From: Alphaproteobacteria bacterium
GTDB lineage: Bacteria; Pseudomonadota; Alphaproteobacteria; UBA7887
DNA length: 64,000 nucleotides
Direction: 5' to 3'
Assembly (NCBI GenBank): GCA_030739735.1
Contig: JASLYQ010000008.1
Coordinates: 29,747-93,746, forward strand
Shown here piece after piece: positions 1-12,799 of the stretch; the first letter of the stretch is position 1; the number at the start of each line of letters is the position of its first letter. Below the pieces are notes generated by a model. It did no database searches and was not told the DNA's origin. It saw only the letters and a list, made by a program, of their open reading frames with translations. Position numbers and translations under genes: made by a program.

Positions 1-1
1 C

Positions 2-484
2 TCGGCAACCTCGACGCCGCTGGTAGTCGACGTGGACAAGCTACGGTCTGGAACCTTGATGATTGACGATTCGTTCCCGTTCGGCTTCGACTCCGAAAAG
101 GCGGCAGCACGGGTGGTCAGAGACTCCGACATCGTGCTGACCATTGCCGGCGGGTTACGCGGTCCCAATCCATTCACCCTGGCTGAGACCACGGCAATGG
201 AAGAGCCGGCCGATTTCTCGCTGCTGGTCCAGCGCATGACCCGCATCATCAACCCCTGGCCCGACTGCATGACCGGCTGCGTCTATTCATCGCTGATAAC
301 CAGCCGTTTTGACCTGCCTGAGACCATAGGACCGGTGACATATGAAGAGGCGAGTATTTACCACCGCGCCTTGAAGGGTGTGGGTTTCTCCGGTATGCCG
401 CCGCATATTTTCACTTTCGACCGGGGTCATGAGAAGGCTGTTCTGCGCATGCCCGAAGGGCCCCTGGCGCGCCCCGTCCCGTGA
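2..484 (+). CDS. Partial CDS (C-terminus; starts before window): Rossmann-fold reductase/dehydrogenase-like domain
   Basis: Frame +2 is open from base 2 (SATSTPLVVDVDKLRSGTLMIDDSFP...). The ATS...D...L..GT.I.DDS.P pattern is typical of the end of shikimate-DH-like/acyl-ACP-reductase-like NAD(P)-binding domains. Stop overlaps the GTG of the next gene. Confidence 0.55.
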   Translation, partial: SATSTPLVVDVDKLRSGTLMIDDSFPFGFDSEKAAARVVRDSDIVLTIAGGLRGPNPFTLAETTAMEEPADFSLLVQRMTRIINPWPDCMTGCVYSSLITSRFDLPETIGPVTYEEASIYHRALKGVGFSGMPPHIFTFDRGHEKAVLRMPEGPLARPVP

Positions 485-1461
485 GCGTCCTCGTTACCGG
501 CGCTGCCGGTTTCATCGGCTCTCATGTCTGTCAAGCCCTCCTGGCCCAGGGCGAGCAGGTACATGGTGTGGACAACCTCAACGCCTATTACGACCCTGCG
601 CTCAAGCGCGCTCGCCTAGCCCGGATCGAGAAACGCGCAGGCTTCACCTTCCACCGCGCCGACATCACCGACGCCGAGGCCATGGCCGCAGCGGCAGCAG
701 CAGCCAAGCCCCTGCGTGCTGTGGTGCACTTCGCAGCCCAAGCCGGCGTGCGCCACTCCGTTGAGCACCCCATGGACTACGTCCGCAGCAATATCGCCGG
801 CCAACTCGTTGTTCTCGAGATGTGCCGCGCTGCGGACGGACTCGAGCACTTGGTCTATGCTAGCTCAAGCTCGGTCTATGGCGGCAATACAAAGCAGCCA
901 TTCGCCATAACCGACCGCGTGGACACGCCGATCTCGCTCTATGCCGCGACCAAACGCGCCGGCGAGCTGATGGGCCATACCTATGCCCATCTTTTCCGCA
1001 TACCATCGACAGGCCTGCGTTTCTTCACTGTCTACGGCCCTTGGGGCCGGCCTGATATGGCCACCTATATCTTTACCAAGGCGATTTTTGAAGGCCGGCC
1101 GATCGCGGTCTACAATCACGGCGACATGCGCCGCGATTTCACGTATATCGATGACATCGTCGACGGTGTGCTGCGGGTGCTTGCTCGACCACCGGCGGAC
1201 GACGGCAGCAACGCGCCGCACCGCCTCTACAATATCGGCAACAACACTCCGGAGGCGCTTTTGCGTTTCATAGGGCTGATCGAGCAGGCCCTAGGAAAGA
1301 CTGCGGAAAAGATCTTGCTGCCGATACAGCCTGGCGATGTGCCCAAGACCTATGCCGATATCGACGACCTGCGGCGCGATACCGGTTTCGTGCCCCGCAC
1401 CGCCATCGACGAAGGCATTCCCCGCTTCGTCGAATGGTATCGCGAGTATCACGGAACCTAA
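481..1461 (+). CDS. NAD-dependent epimerase, UDP-glucuronate 4-epimerase-like (extended SDR)
   Basis: GAAGFIG, YASSSSVYG, YAATK (YxxxK) and RFFTVYGPWGRPDMA motifs. Confidence 0.92.
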   Translation: MSVLVTGAAGFIGSHVCQALLAQGEQVHGVDNLNAYYDPALKRARLARIEKRAGFTFHRADITDAEAMAAAAAAAKPLRAVVHFAAQAGVRHSVEHPMDYVRSNIAGQLVVLEMCRAADGLEHLVYASSSSVYGGNTKQPFAITDRVDTPISLYAATKRAGELMGHTYAHLFRIPSTGLRFFTVYGPWGRPDMATYIFTKAIFEGRPIAVYNHGDMRRDFTYIDDIVDGVLRVLARPPADDGSNAPHRLYNIGNNTPEALLRFIGLIEQALGKTAEKILLPIQPGDVPKTYADIDDLRRDTGFVPRTAIDEGIPRFVEWYREYHGT

Positions 1462-1473
1462 AACAGGACGCGT

Positions 1474-4400
1474 ATGCCCAAACGTGACGACATACATTCG
1501 ATCCTGGTAATCGGCGCTGGGCCGATCGTGATCGGCCAAGCCTGCGAGTTCGACTATTCCGGCACTCAGGCCTGTAAGGCGCTGCGCGACGAAAACTATC
1601 GTGTGGTGCTGGTCAATTCCAACCCGGCGACCATCATGACCGACCCGGATACGGCCGATGCCACCTATATCGAGCCGATCACGCCCGAGATGGTGGCAAA
1701 AATCATCGCCGTCGAGCGCCCCGATGCGGTACTGCCCACCATGGGGGGGCAGACCGCTCTAAACACTGCATTCTCCCTGGCCGAGGACGGCACCCTGGAG
1801 CGCTATGGCGTTGCCCTGATCGGCGCCAATCAGAAGGCGATCGCCATGGCCGAGGACCGCGACCAGTTCGCCGCGGCAATGGCGCGTATCGGCCTGGAGA
1901 CGCCGCGCGGCGCGGTGGCACATTCGTTGGATGAAGCGCAGGTCATTCTTGACAGTCTCGGGTTGCCAATGATCGTCCGGCCTTCGTTTACGTTGGGCGG
2001 AACCGGCGGCGGCGTTGCTTACAATCGCGAAGAGTTCGAGCGCATCGTCACCGCTGGCCTTGACGCTTCGCCGATCGACAAGGTGCTGATCGAGGAATCG
2101 ATCATCGGCTGGAAGGAATACGAAATGGAGGTGATCCGCGACCGCGCGGACAACTGCATTATCGTCTGCTCGATCGAGAACGTCGATCCCATGGGCGTGC
2201 ACACTGGCGACAGCGTCACTGTGGCGCCAGCGTTAACACTGACCGACAAAGAATACCAGATCATGCGCGACGCCTCGATCGCAGTGCTGCGCGAGATCGG
2301 GGTGGAGACGGGAGGCTCGAACGTCCAGTTTGCCGTCGATCCCGCGACCGGGCGCCTAGTGGTGATCGAGATGAACCCACGCGTCTCACGCTCTTCGGCA
2401 CTGGCATCAAAAGCCACGGGCTTTCCCATTGCCAAGGTCGCCGCCAAGCTTGCGGTGGGGTACACCCTCGACGAGGTGCAGAACGACATTACCGGGAGCA
2501 CGCCGGCCTCCTTCGAACCGACCATTGATTACGTAGTCACCAAGATGCCGCGCTTCACCTTCGAGAAGTTTCCCGGCACCGAGCCGCTCCTGACCACGGC
2601 AATGAAGTCTGTCGGCGAGGCCATGTCGATGGGTCGCAGCTTTGCCGAATCCTTACAAAAAGCCCTGCGCTCCATGGAGACCGGCCTCACCGGGCTTGAT
2701 CCGGTGGAGATTGCCAACGACCGCGATGGCATTCTTGCCTCCCTGGCCCAACCGACGCCGGACCGACTCCTGGTCATCGCTCAGGCGTTGCGTGCGGGTC
2801 TCAGTGTCGATGAAGTGCATGACGCCTGCAGCTACGATCCTTGGTTTCTGCGCGAGATAGAGCACATCGTCGCTGCCGAGCGCCGAGTCGAGGCACAAGG
2901 GCTCCCGGACGATGCACAGGCGCTTACCGCATTAAAAGGATTGGGCTTTTCGGATGCGCGTCTAGCGACACTCGCCGGCTGTGATGAAGCGATGGTGTCG
3001 GCCAAGCGTGTCGCGCTCAACGTGCACCCGGTCTTCAAGCGTGTCGATACCTGTGCCGCCGAATTCGACGCACAGACGCCTTACTTCTATTCGACCTACG
3101 AAACCCCGGCCTGGGATGGCGGCGAGCCAGAATGCGAGGCCCAGGCGAGCGAGCGCCGCAAGGTGATGATCCTTGGCGGCGGTCCTAACCGTATCGGCCA
3201 GGGTATCGAATTTGACTATTGCTGCGTCCACGCCGCGTATGCGCTGCGCGAGGCTGGCATTGAGACCATTATGGTAAACTGCAACCCTGAGACCGTTTCG
3301 ACCGACTACGACACCTCGGATCGGCTCTACTTCGAGCCGCTGACCGCGGAGGATGTCATCGAGATCGCGCGCCTCGAGGCCACGCGAGGCACCCTACTCG
3401 GCCTCGTGGTCCAGTATGGTGGACAAACGCCGCTCAAGCTCGCCCGGGCCCTGGAGGCGGCGGGTGTACCTATCATCGGCACCTCGCCCGATGCCATCGA
3501 CCTCGCCGAAGACCGCAAGCGGTTCCAGCAATTACTAGCGCAACTCAATCTGAAGCAGCCCGACAACGGCACTTGCACCACCGTCGAGGAGGCCGTGGCG
3601 ATCGCCGAACGCATCGGCTATCCAGTTCTGGTACGCCCCTCGTACGTTCTGGGCGGCCGGGCGATGGAGATCGTCGGCAACAGCCACATGCTGAGCGACT
3701 ATGTAGGCCGCGCTGTACGCCTATTTGGCGATGCGCCGATCCTCATCGACCGCTTCCTAGCCGATGCTATCGAAGTAGATGTCGACGCGCTCGCCGACGG
3801 CGAGGCTGTCCATGTGGCGGGCGTAATGGAGCATATTGAAGAGGCTGGCATTCACTCGGGCGACTCCGCCTGTTCATTACCGCCCCATTCATTATCTAGC
3901 GAGATAATTTCCGAGATAGAACGGCAAACAGAAGCGCTGGCCAGAGCTCTTGGCGTGGTCGGGTTGATGAACGTACAGTTTGCGGTTAAGCGTGCCGATG
4001 ATGGCACAGATCAGGTCTACATCATTGAGGTCAATCCCCGGGCCAGCCGCACCGTGCCGTTCGTTGCCAAAGCGACAGGCACACCCATTGCCAAGATCGC
4101 CGCACGACTGATGACCGGTGAATCTCTGAGCGATTTCGACCTCGCGCGTGGGCGCGGCGGCCATGTCGCAGTTAAGGAAGCCGTATTTCCCTTTGCCCGC
4201 TTTCCCGGGGTCGACGTTCTGCTCGGCCCGGAGATGAAGTCCACGGGCGAGGTGATGGGGCTAGATTCGGACTTCGGGCGCGCTTTTGCAAAGTCACAAA
4301 TTGCGAGCGGCACGCGCCTGCCTGATGGTGGGAACGTGTTCATCTCGGTACGCGACAGTGACAAGCCGGCGATGGCCGAGGTCGGCCGCAGCCTTTCGGA

Positions 4401-4719
4401 AATGGGCTTTTTGCTGATTGCAACGGCAGGCACCGCAAAATATCTTGAGGATGCTGGCCTCGTCGTGACGCGCATACGCAAGGTTCGAGAGGGGCGCCCG
4501 CATTTGGTTGACGCCATATCGGACGGCGCGGTCGCGCTGATCCTCAACACGACCGAAGGCGCCCAGGCCATCAAGGACAGTTACAGCCTGCGCCGGGCGG
4601 CTTTGGCGAACCGGGTCCCCTACTATACCACCGTGGCTGGCAGCCGCGCCGTGACCGAGGCGATCGCAGCCCTTCGCCGAGGCGCCCTTGAAGTAGCATC
4701 GTTACAATCTTACACTTAG
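1474..4719 (+). CDS. carB: Carbamoyl-phosphate synthase large subunit
   Basis: 1081 aa; [30 protein letters not shown] start, duplicated ATP-grasp halves, C-terminal MGS domain. Confidence 0.99.
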   Translation: MPKRDDIHSILVIGAGPIVIGQACEFDYSGTQACKALRDENYRVVLVNSNPATIMTDPDTADATYIEPITPEMVAKIIAVERPDAVLPTMGGQTALNTAFSLAEDGTLERYGVALIGANQKAIAMAEDRDQFAAAMARIGLETPRGAVAHSLDEAQVILDSLGLPMIVRPSFTLGGTGGGVAYNREEFERIVTAGLDASPIDKVLIEESIIGWKEYEMEVIRDRADNCIIVCSIENVDPMGVHTGDSVTVAPALTLTDKEYQIMRDASIAVLREIGVETGGSNVQFAVDPATGRLVVIEMNPRVSRSSALASKATGFPIAKVAAKLAVGYTLDEVQNDITGSTPASFEPTIDYVVTKMPRFTFEKFPGTEPLLTTAMKSVGEAMSMGRSFAESLQKALRSMETGLTGLDPVEIANDRDGILASLAQPTPDRLLVIAQALRAGLSVDEVHDACSYDPWFLREIEHIVAAERRVEAQGLPDDAQALTALKGLGFSDARLATLAGCDEAMVSAKRVALNVHPVFKRVDTCAAEFDAQTPYFYSTYETPAWDGGEPECEAQASERRKVMILGGGPNRIGQGIEFDYCCVHAAYALREAGIETIMVNCNPETVSTDYDTSDRLYFEPLTAEDVIEIARLEATRGTLLGLVVQYGGQTPLKLARALEAAGVPIIGTSPDAIDLAEDRKRFQQLLAQLNLKQPDNGTCTTVEEAVAIAERIGYPVLVRPSYVLGGRAMEIVGNSHMLSDYVGRAVRLFGDAPILIDRFLADAIEVDVDALADGEAVHVAGVMEHIEEAGIHSGDSACSLPPHSLSSEIISEIERQTEALARALGVVGLMNVQFAVKRADDGTDQVYIIEVNPRASRTVPFVAKATGTPIAKIAARLMTGESLSDFDLARGRGGHVAVKEAVFPFARFPGVDVLLGPEMKSTGEVMGLDSDFGRAFAKSQIASGTRLPDGGNVFISVRDSDKPAMAEVGRSLSEMGFLLIATAGTAKYLEDAGLVVTRIRKVREGRPHLVDAISDGAVALILNTTEGAQAIKDSYSLRRAALANRVPYYTTVAGSRAVTEAIAALRRGALEVASLQSYT

Positions 4720-4776
4720 ACCTTCTGGATACTTGGTGCCCGCATGGCGCCTCTCCGCAATGACGATGGACGGATC

Positions 4777-5250
4777 ATGGAACGTGTGCCCATGACCGCG
4801 ACGGGCTATCAACGGCTCGAAGCGGAATTGAAGAAGTTGAAGAGCGAAGACCGACCGGCCGTGATCCGGGCGATCTCGGAGGCGCGTGAACACGGCGATC
4901 TGTCCGAGAATGCTGAGTATCACGCTGCCCGTGAGCGCCAAAGCTTCATTGAGGGCCGAGTGCGCGAGATTGAAGACAAGCTCGGTCGCGCCCAGGTGAT
5001 CGATGTCGACAAGCTGTCGGGCGAGACGGTCAAGTTCGGCGCTGCCATCACATTGGTAGATGAAGATACCGGCGAGGAAGTCACCTATCAACTGGTCGGC
5101 GTCGATGAAGCGGATGTCGCGGAGGGACGACTCTCGATCACGGCGCCGATCGCGCGCGCGGTGATCAACAAGTCTGTTGGCGATAGCGTCATCGTCGAAA
5201 CACCCGCGGGCACCAAAGGCTACGAGATTGTCTCCGTGGACTTTCGGTGA
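4777..5250 (+). CDS. greA: Transcription elongation factor GreA
   Basis: MERVPMT start chosen at ATG 4777; [16 protein letters not shown] motif; usual carB-greA order. Confidence 0.97.
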   Translation: MERVPMTATGYQRLEAELKKLKSEDRPAVIRAISEAREHGDLSENAEYHAARERQSFIEGRVREIEDKLGRAQVIDVDKLSGETVKFGAAITLVDEDTGEEVTYQLVGVDEADVAEGRLSITAPIARAVINKSVGDSVIVETPAGTKGYEIVSVDFR

Positions 5251-6209
5251 GCGACCCGGCCGAGCGTATCTGGGTTCTTGCCGATGATCGCGTAGGGCAC
5301 GCCAACCAGGCCGTGGCCGTGGCCGAAGCGCTGGACGCTCCGTTCGATACCAAGCGGCTCCGTTACAACGATCTAGCCCAGCTTCCCAATGCGTTGCTCG
5401 GCGCAAGTTTAGATCATCTGACGAGCGAGACCCGTGGCACGCTTGCGCCGCCCTGGCCAGTGCTGGTGATCGCCGCCGGCCGGCGCACAGTGCCCGTTGC
5501 CAGAGCCCTGCGTCGTAAGGCGCCCGGGCTACGCTGCGTGCAATGCATGTGGCCCGGCGTGGGTGCCGCGGATTTCGATCTGATTGCGCTGCCTGCCCAC
5601 GACCGGCAACAGGAGTTCGCAACTGTCGTGCGCACGGTTGGCGCTCCCCACCGTGTCACGCGGCAGCGCCTAGCGGAGGCAGGAGAGGTGTGGGCACCGC
5701 GGCTGGATAGGATGCCGCGGCCGCGAATCGCGCTCTTGCTGGGGGGGACGACGGGGCGGCGCAATTTCGCGCCTGACGATGCCGAGTTACTGGCCGCGCA
5801 AATCCGCGTCATCGGGGGTTCCATCATGATGACAAGCAGTCGGCGCACGCCCGTATCCGTTCGTGACATCCTTGCCAGCCAACTCAGGCCACTGCACCGT
5901 TACGACTGGTCCGAGGACGGCACGGACAATCCCTATCTCGGTTACCTGGCCCTTGCCGATACCCTTGTCGTGACAGGCGATTCGACCGGCATGTGCACCG
6001 AAGCCTGTGCCAGCGGCCTGCCCGTCTATATCTTCGCCGCAGCCGATATGATCGCCGGCAAGCACCGCATCCTGCACAAGGCGCTTTACGCTGCCGGCCT
6101 CGCACGCCCCCTGGAAACCGCCACAAAAGACCTTTATCAGCCCGACACCACACCACTCGACGATGCCTCCAGCGTCGCACGCGCCATTCGCGAACGCGAC
6201 TTGCTATAA
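5247..6209 (+). CDS. Mitochondrial fission ELM1-family (DUF1022) protein
   Basis: [51 protein letters not shown] motifs; GTGA overlap with greA. Confidence 0.88.
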   Translation: MSDPAERIWVLADDRVGHANQAVAVAEALDAPFDTKRLRYNDLAQLPNALLGASLDHLTSETRGTLAPPWPVLVIAAGRRTVPVARALRRKAPGLRCVQCMWPGVGAADFDLIALPAHDRQQEFATVVRTVGAPHRVTRQRLAEAGEVWAPRLDRMPRPRIALLLGGTTGRRNFAPDDAELLAAQIRVIGGSIMMTSSRRTPVSVRDILASQLRPLHRYDWSEDGTDNPYLGYLALADTLVVTGDSTGMCTEACASGLPVYIFAAADMIAGKHRILHKALYAAGLARPLETATKDLYQPDTTPLDDASSVARAIRERDLL

Positions 6210-6241
6210 GTAAAGACTGCAGCATAGCAGGAGCCAACATC

Positions 6242-7204
6242 GTGCCCGACTGCCACCACTCCAAGGTTCTCATTCTCGGCTCAGGCCCCGCCGGCTTGAC
6301 CGCCGCCATCTATGCCGCTCGCGCCGATCTCGAGCCGCGGCTTGTGCACGGCATTCAGCCGGGCGGGCAAATGACCATCACCACCGATGTAGAGAACTAT
6401 CCAGGCTTCGCCGACGTGGTTCAGGGCCCTTGGCTAATGGAACAAATGACCGAGCAGGCACGCAAGGTAGGCACCGACTTCGTCAACGATATCGTCACTG
6501 CGGTCGACCTCAGCCGGCGACCCTTCGAGGCGACGGGTGACGGCGGCGATGCTTATCTTGGTGATGCCCTGATCATCGCCACTGGCGCCCAGGCGCGCTG
6601 GCTGGGCCTGGAGTCCGAGTCCCGGCTGCAGGGATTTGGCGTCTCCGCCTGCGCCACCTGCGACGGATTTTTCTATCGCGGTCGCGAAGTGGTGGTCGTT
6701 GGTGGCGGCAACACGGCGGTAGAGGAAGCCTTGTTTCTCGCTAACCTTGCCTCGAAAGTGACCCTGGTACACCGGCGCGATGCTTTACGTGCCGAGCGAA
6801 TTCTACAAGAGCGCCTGCTGCGCCGCGATAAGGTCGAGATAGCCTGGAACAGCGTCGTCGAGGATATTCTCGCCCAAGGCATGCCGCCGACAGTAACAGG
6901 CGTGCGGCTGCGCAACGTAAAGAACAACGAGACCCGCGAGCTTACGACAGACGGCGTGTTCATCGCCATCGGCCACAACCCCGTCACGGATCTCTTCGCC
7001 GGCCAGGTTGATGTGGACGACGATGGCTACATCCGCACCGCACCGAATAGTACAGTGACAAATATTGCCGGCGTGTTTGCCGCGGGCGACGTTCAGGACA
7101 AGCGTTTCCGCCAGGCAGTCACCGCCGCCGGCAGTGGTTGCATGGCCGCTTTGGAGGCAGAGCACTTCCTGGCCTCCGCGGAGGTAGCGGCAGCGGCCGA
7201 ATAA
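6242..7204 (+). CDS. trxB: Thioredoxin-disulfide reductase
   Basis: GSGPAG, CATCDG redox motif, GGGNTA, FAAGDV..RQAVTAAG; GTG start at 6242 after GGAG. Confidence 0.97.
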   Translation: MPDCHHSKVLILGSGPAGLTAAIYAARADLEPRLVHGIQPGGQMTITTDVENYPGFADVVQGPWLMEQMTEQARKVGTDFVNDIVTAVDLSRRPFEATGDGGDAYLGDALIIATGAQARWLGLESESRLQGFGVSACATCDGFFYRGREVVVVGGGNTAVEEALFLANLASKVTLVHRRDALRAERILQERLLRRDKVEIAWNSVVEDILAQGMPPTVTGVRLRNVKNNETRELTTDGVFIAIGHNPVTDLFAGQVDVDDDGYIRTAPNSTVTNIAGVFAAGDVQDKRFRQAVTAAGSGCMAALEAEHFLASAEVAAAAE

Positions 7205-7219
7205 GGGCTAAGATCACCT

Positions 7220-8110
7220 ATGGACTGGGATAAGCTTCGCATATTCCACGTTGTCGCCGGGGCCGGCAGCTTTACGCATGCAGGCGACTCTCTCGATCTC
7301 AGCCAATCGGCAGTGAGCCGGCAAATTCGTAGCCTCGAAGAAACCCTGAAAGTACCTCTGTTCCACCGCCACGCACGCGGGCTTATTCTGACCGAACAAG
7401 GCGAGTTGTTGCACCAAACCACGAGCGAGGTCTTCGCTAAGCTGACCGCAGCCGAAATGTTGCTCAGTGAAAGCAAGGAGCGGCCGCAGGGCCTGTTGCG
7501 TATCAACACTACCGTCGGTTTCGGCTCCATGTGGTTGACTGGCGTTATCAGCGAGTTTCTCGACAATTACCCGGATATCGCAGTGGCGCTACTGGTCGGT
7601 GAGGACGAGCTTGATTTGTCGATGCGCGAGGCCGACGTCGCCATCCGTATGGCGCCACCACGCCAGCCTGACCTGATCCAGCGCCGGCTTTTCCGGGGGC
7701 GCTTTGCAGTTTTCGCTATCGCTGACTACCTCAATCGCTTCGGCACACCTCGCAGTATGGAAGATTTGACCGGTCACCGCGTCGTTACCTATGGCGACCG
7801 GGTCTCGATTCCGTTTCTGCACATCAATTGGCTGGCAGATGCCCTACGTGAGATCGATGCCGAATTCCAACCCGCCTTCACCGTCAACAACCTGTACGGC
7901 ATCCTGCGCGCAGTCGAGACGGGCATCGGCATCGCCCTCCTGCCTGCGTTCATGGGTAGGCAGAACCCGCAATTGGTGCGCATCCTGCCGGAGGCTGAAC
8001 CACCGGCGGCAGACGGCTACTTCGTCTACCCAGAAGAACTCAAACAGTCGCAGCGGGTCATGGTCTTCCGCGACTTTCTGCTCAGAAAATTGACTGAGGA
8101 GCCGCTTTGA
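7220..8110 (+). CDS. LysR-family regulator (VtlR/LsrB-like)
   Basis: MDWDKLRIFHVVAGAGSFTHA HTH; position directly after trxB matches the alphaproteobacterial trxB-vtlR/lsrB pair. Confidence 0.9.
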   Translation: MDWDKLRIFHVVAGAGSFTHAGDSLDLSQSAVSRQIRSLEETLKVPLFHRHARGLILTEQGELLHQTTSEVFAKLTAAEMLLSESKERPQGLLRINTTVGFGSMWLTGVISEFLDNYPDIAVALLVGEDELDLSMREADVAIRMAPPRQPDLIQRRLFRGRFAVFAIADYLNRFGTPRSMEDLTGHRVVTYGDRVSIPFLHINWLADALREIDAEFQPAFTVNNLYGILRAVETGIGIALLPAFMGRQNPQLVRILPEAEPPAADGYFVYPEELKQSQRVMVFRDFLLRKLTEEPL

Positions 8111-8433
8111 GGAGCAGCCGTCTCGGTTCAATGACTCAGTAAAATTTTTGATTGAAGATGCCCAGCCAGTTGACTCGCGAGAAGCGGCAGGCCCTCCGCA
8201 CAAGATGACAGTTCAGTATCATACTAATCAACTTGATTTTACCTTGACTGGCTATATAGGTAACCCGCGGCGGGTTTAAAATAATGTCTGGAGAAATCTA
8301 CCAAAATTTTGTGCCAGTTGTGGAGGCTCGACTCACAAAACAGAAATGCGATCTGGCAAATCTCCCATCGCGCACAATAGCTCCGTCTAGAGTCAAGATC
8401 AGCCCAGCCTCGGCTGGTGCCTCTACACCGCGG

Positions 8434-9396
8434 CTACATGAACAAGCGGCGGTCCTGGGGCAGATCTGCGTAAAGGTGGGCCACGAACTCGCCATAGCCG
8501 TTGTAAAGCTTGGTCGCAACACGATCGCCCGTGCCTAACTCGCGCTCGCTCGCCTGGCTCCAGCGTGGGTGCGAAAACTCGGGGTTGACGTTAGCCCAGA
8601 AGCCGTACTCGGTAGGTCCGATTTCCTCCCAGAATGTCTTTGGCCGGTTCTCGGCAAACATGAAGCGAACGATCGACTTGATATGCTTAAAGCCGTACTT
8701 CCAGGGCACGGCAAGGCGCAGCGGTGAGCCATATTGCTTCGCCATCGGCGCGCCATAGGCGCCAGTGACAATCAAAGCCAGTTCATTAGTCGCTTCGGCC
8801 AGCGTCAGCGCTTCAGTGTAAGGCCAGGGAAAGTACCTCTGACGCTGGTTGCGACCTACCTCGGAATCAAAAAAGGTTTGCATGACCAGAAACTTGGCCG
8901 AGGCCAGGGGACGCGCAAACTCGACGAGCCTGGCCAGCGGAAACCCGGTCCACGGTATGGTCATGGCCCAGGCCTCGACGCAGCGGTGGCGCGTGATGCG
9001 CTCCTCCAGTGGCATACGCCGGATCAGATCCTCGGCCTCAATGTGGATTTTCTTCTCCACGAGGCCATCGATAGTCACATTCCACGGCGTGATGGACAGA
9101 TCTTGCGCCGCTTGCCAGATATTCTTATGGGAGCCAAACTCATAGAAATTGTTGTGGGTGCCGGTGATGCTCTTCTTGGTCACCGAGAACTCGACAGACA
9201 GCGCCTCTTTGCGGGGTGCCGGATAGAGATCGGCCGTGGGAGGCTCCTCGGCCGCGGCGAGATTGCCGAGCGGCGTTGCCGCGAGCAGGCTTCCCGCGGC
9301 CAGTCCCTTGGCTAGCTGACGACGATCAACATACTGCGACTCGGGCGTTACAGCGCGCTCCGACAAGCCCCAGCCGGGTAGGGTCTTGATCAACAT
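8434..9396 (-). CDS. msrP: Periplasmic protein-methionine-sulfoxide reductase catalytic subunit MsrP (YedY)
   Basis: Start at ATG 9396 (MLIKT..WGLSERAVTPE); twin-Arg DRRQL signal; NNFYEFG, HRCVEAW (Mo-Cys), VPWKYGFKHIKSIV, YGFWANVNP. Confidence 0.93.
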   Translation of the reverse strand: MLIKTLPGWGLSERAVTPESQYVDRRQLAKGLAAGSLLAATPLGNLAAAEEPPTADLYPAPRKEALSVEFSVTKKSITGTHNNFYEFGSHKNIWQAAQDLSITPWNVTIDGLVEKKIHIEAEDLIRRMPLEERITRHRCVEAWAMTIPWTGFPLARLVEFARPLASAKFLVMQTFFDSEVGRNQRQRYFPWPYTEALTLAEATNELALIVTGAYGAPMAKQYGSPLRLAVPWKYGFKHIKSIVRFMFAENRPKTFWEEIGPTEYGFWANVNPEFSHPRWSQASERELGTGDRVATKLYNGYGEFVAHLYADLPQDRRLFM

Positions 9397-9481
9397 TGAT
9401 GGTCTCCACCCTCTTAGCCCCGCGCTGCACGGCGCATGGCGACAGCCCTCGCAAAATCGCTCACCGGAACTTGAGCAACGT

Positions 9482-11539
9482 TCAGGCCGTGCGCAACCAC
9501 ACCGACGTGTCGTGAATGACCGCTCCGCCATTGGGCGGCCCAGCCTCGGCCGCGATCAGAGTGTTGAGCCCTACCCCACCCTCGAAGGCGCCGTTGGGCC
9601 AAATGCTCTCAACCACCACGACGCCGGGCTGCAAGCCGTCAAACAGTTTGGCGTGCACGACGACCTCGCCACGGTCGTTGCCCATGCGTAGACGCCGGCC
9701 CTCCCCGGCGCCAAGTCGCGCCGCATCGTCAGGGTGCAGCAACGCCCGCGGCCGCTCCTCCTTCTTCTGGCTCGTTGGCGTCTCGGTGAAGCTCGAGTTC
9801 AGATAGTTGTGCGCCGGTGCCGCCACCAGGCGGAAGGGATGGCGCTCGTCCGCAGCCTCGATGATATTGAAATGATCTGGCAAGTCGGGCATGCGCTCAT
9901 GATTCGGGCCGATGCGCGACCAATCTGGTGAGAAATGAAACTTGCCGTCAGACGTCGGAAAGCCGTCGAGAAAATGCGAGGTGGCGAAGTCCGGCTGGCA
10001 ATCGATCCAGTGGGTCTCCTGCAACTCAGTCAAGGTACCCCAACCCGATGACTGCAAGGTCGCGTCGATAATCTCATTGGTGCTCATAGCAAAGCCCGGA
10101 TGCTCGGCACCCAAACGCTTAGCCAGCGCACAAATCAACTCGTGGTTAGAGCGCGTCTCCGCCAGCGGCTCGATCACCCTCGGCCCCAGTATAATGTGTT
10201 GGTGACCGCCTCCCTGGTAGATGTCGTCGTGCTCGAGGAAGGTGGTGGCCGGTAGTACCAGGTCCGCGTGAGCAGCGGTCTCAGTCATGAACTGTTCGTG
10301 CACGCAAAGAAACAGGTCATCGCGTGCGAGGCCATCGTTGACCAGTGTCGATTCAGGCGCCACCACAGCTGGGTTGGTGTTCTGCACCAGCATCGCCGTG
10401 ACAGGCGGACCGTCGCCGAGATCTTTCTTGTCGCCGGTGAGCACCGGGCCGATGCGCGACATATCCAAGACGCGCACACCCTTATCACAGGCATCCAGGC
10501 CCTCGATCAGCGTCTTGTCCCAGTGATAGATATCGCCGTTGTTGTAGAAGGCGCCGCCGCCTTCGTGCCGCCAAGAGCCGGTAACAGTAGCCAGCGACAT
10601 CGCCGCATGCATATTGGCAGCGCCGTTGCGCGAGCGTGTGAAGCCGTAGCCGAGGCGAATATAACTGCGCTCCGTACTGCCGTAGAGGCTGGCAAATTCC
10701 TCGATTGCGTTTTCGTCCAGACCGGTGATCTCCGCCGCCCAGACGGGGTTTCGCGTGCTCAGGTGTTGATGCAGGCGCTCCGGACAATCGGCATAGCGAG
10801 CCATGTAGTCATGATCGGCGTAACCGTCGCGGAACAGCACATGCATGACCGCACAGGCCAGCGCGCCGTCCGTGCCCGGGCGCAACGCCAGATGCGTGTC
10901 GGCAACGGCAGCTGTCCGCGTGCGGTAGGGATCGATCACTACAAGCTTAGCACCGCGCGCCTTGCGCGCCCGCTGGATATGGGTCATGGCGTTGACCTGG
11001 GTTGAGGCCGGGTTGCCACCCCACATGACGATCAGATCGGACTGCGCCATCTCGCGCGGATCGGGACCGAGCACCCGGCCGGCCCCCGCCGTCCAGCCAG
11101 CAATTGCCAAAGCGTTGCAGATGGTGCTGTGCTGACCCGAATAGCCCATCACATGCCGCAGCCGATTGATGCCATCGCGCTGCAACAATCCCATGGTGCC
11201 GGCATAGAAATAGGGCCACACCGTCTCGGCGCCGTAGCGCTGGGTCGCAACGGTGAATGCCTCCGCAAGTTCGTCGAGGGCATCGTCCCAGGCAATGGGC
11301 TGAAAGCTGCCGTCGGCCATCTTACGCAGAGGCTCACGCAGACGGCCGGGGTTGTGCACGCGCTCAGCGTAACGCGCCACCTTGGCACAGACAACACCCG
11401 CCGTGTAGCTGTTGTCCCGGGCGCCATGGATCCGGCCGATAGTCGCAGCATCGAGACGCTCGACCTCCAGCGCACAAGTACTCGGACAATCGTGCGGACA
11501 GGCTGAAAACGCAATATCGTGGGAGATGTCACTATCCAT
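9482..11539 (-). CDS. Uncharacterised molybdopterin (bis-MGD) oxidoreductase, MopB family, with N-terminal Fe-S motif
   Basis: ACPHDCPSTC...CAKV N-terminal cluster motif, ADLVLPATTFLE, C-terminal molydopterin-binding domain; no Tat signal. Confidence 0.88.
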   Translation of the reverse strand: MDSDISHDIAFSACPHDCPSTCALEVERLDAATIGRIHGARDNSYTAGVVCAKVARYAERVHNPGRLREPLRKMADGSFQPIAWDDALDELAEAFTVATQRYGAETVWPYFYAGTMGLLQRDGINRLRHVMGYSGQHSTICNALAIAGWTAGAGRVLGPDPREMAQSDLIVMWGGNPASTQVNAMTHIQRARKARGAKLVVIDPYRTRTAAVADTHLALRPGTDGALACAVMHVLFRDGYADHDYMARYADCPERLHQHLSTRNPVWAAEITGLDENAIEEFASLYGSTERSYIRLGYGFTRSRNGAANMHAAMSLATVTGSWRHEGGGAFYNNGDIYHWDKTLIEGLDACDKGVRVLDMSRIGPVLTGDKKDLGDGPPVTAMLVQNTNPAVVAPESTLVNDGLARDDLFLCVHEQFMTETAAHADLVLPATTFLEHDDIYQGGGHQHIILGPRVIEPLAETRSNHELICALAKRLGAEHPGFAMSTNEIIDATLQSSGWGTLTELQETHWIDCQPDFATSHFLDGFPTSDGKFHFSPDWSRIGPNHERMPDLPDHFNIIEAADERHPFRLVAAPAHNYLNSSFTETPTSQKKEERPRALLHPDDAARLGAGEGRRLRMGNDRGEVVVHAKLFDGLQPGVVVVESIWPNGAFEGGVGLNTLIAAEAGPPNGGAVIHDTSVWLRTA

Positions 11540-11551
11540 GCTACTGCTCCG

Positions 11552-12799
<1,248 letters not shown>

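Noticed and set aside
684-706. GCA-rich run encoding poly-Ala in the epimerase
   Set aside because: Short, imperfect, in-frame low-complexity stretch; not a credible phase-variation repeat.
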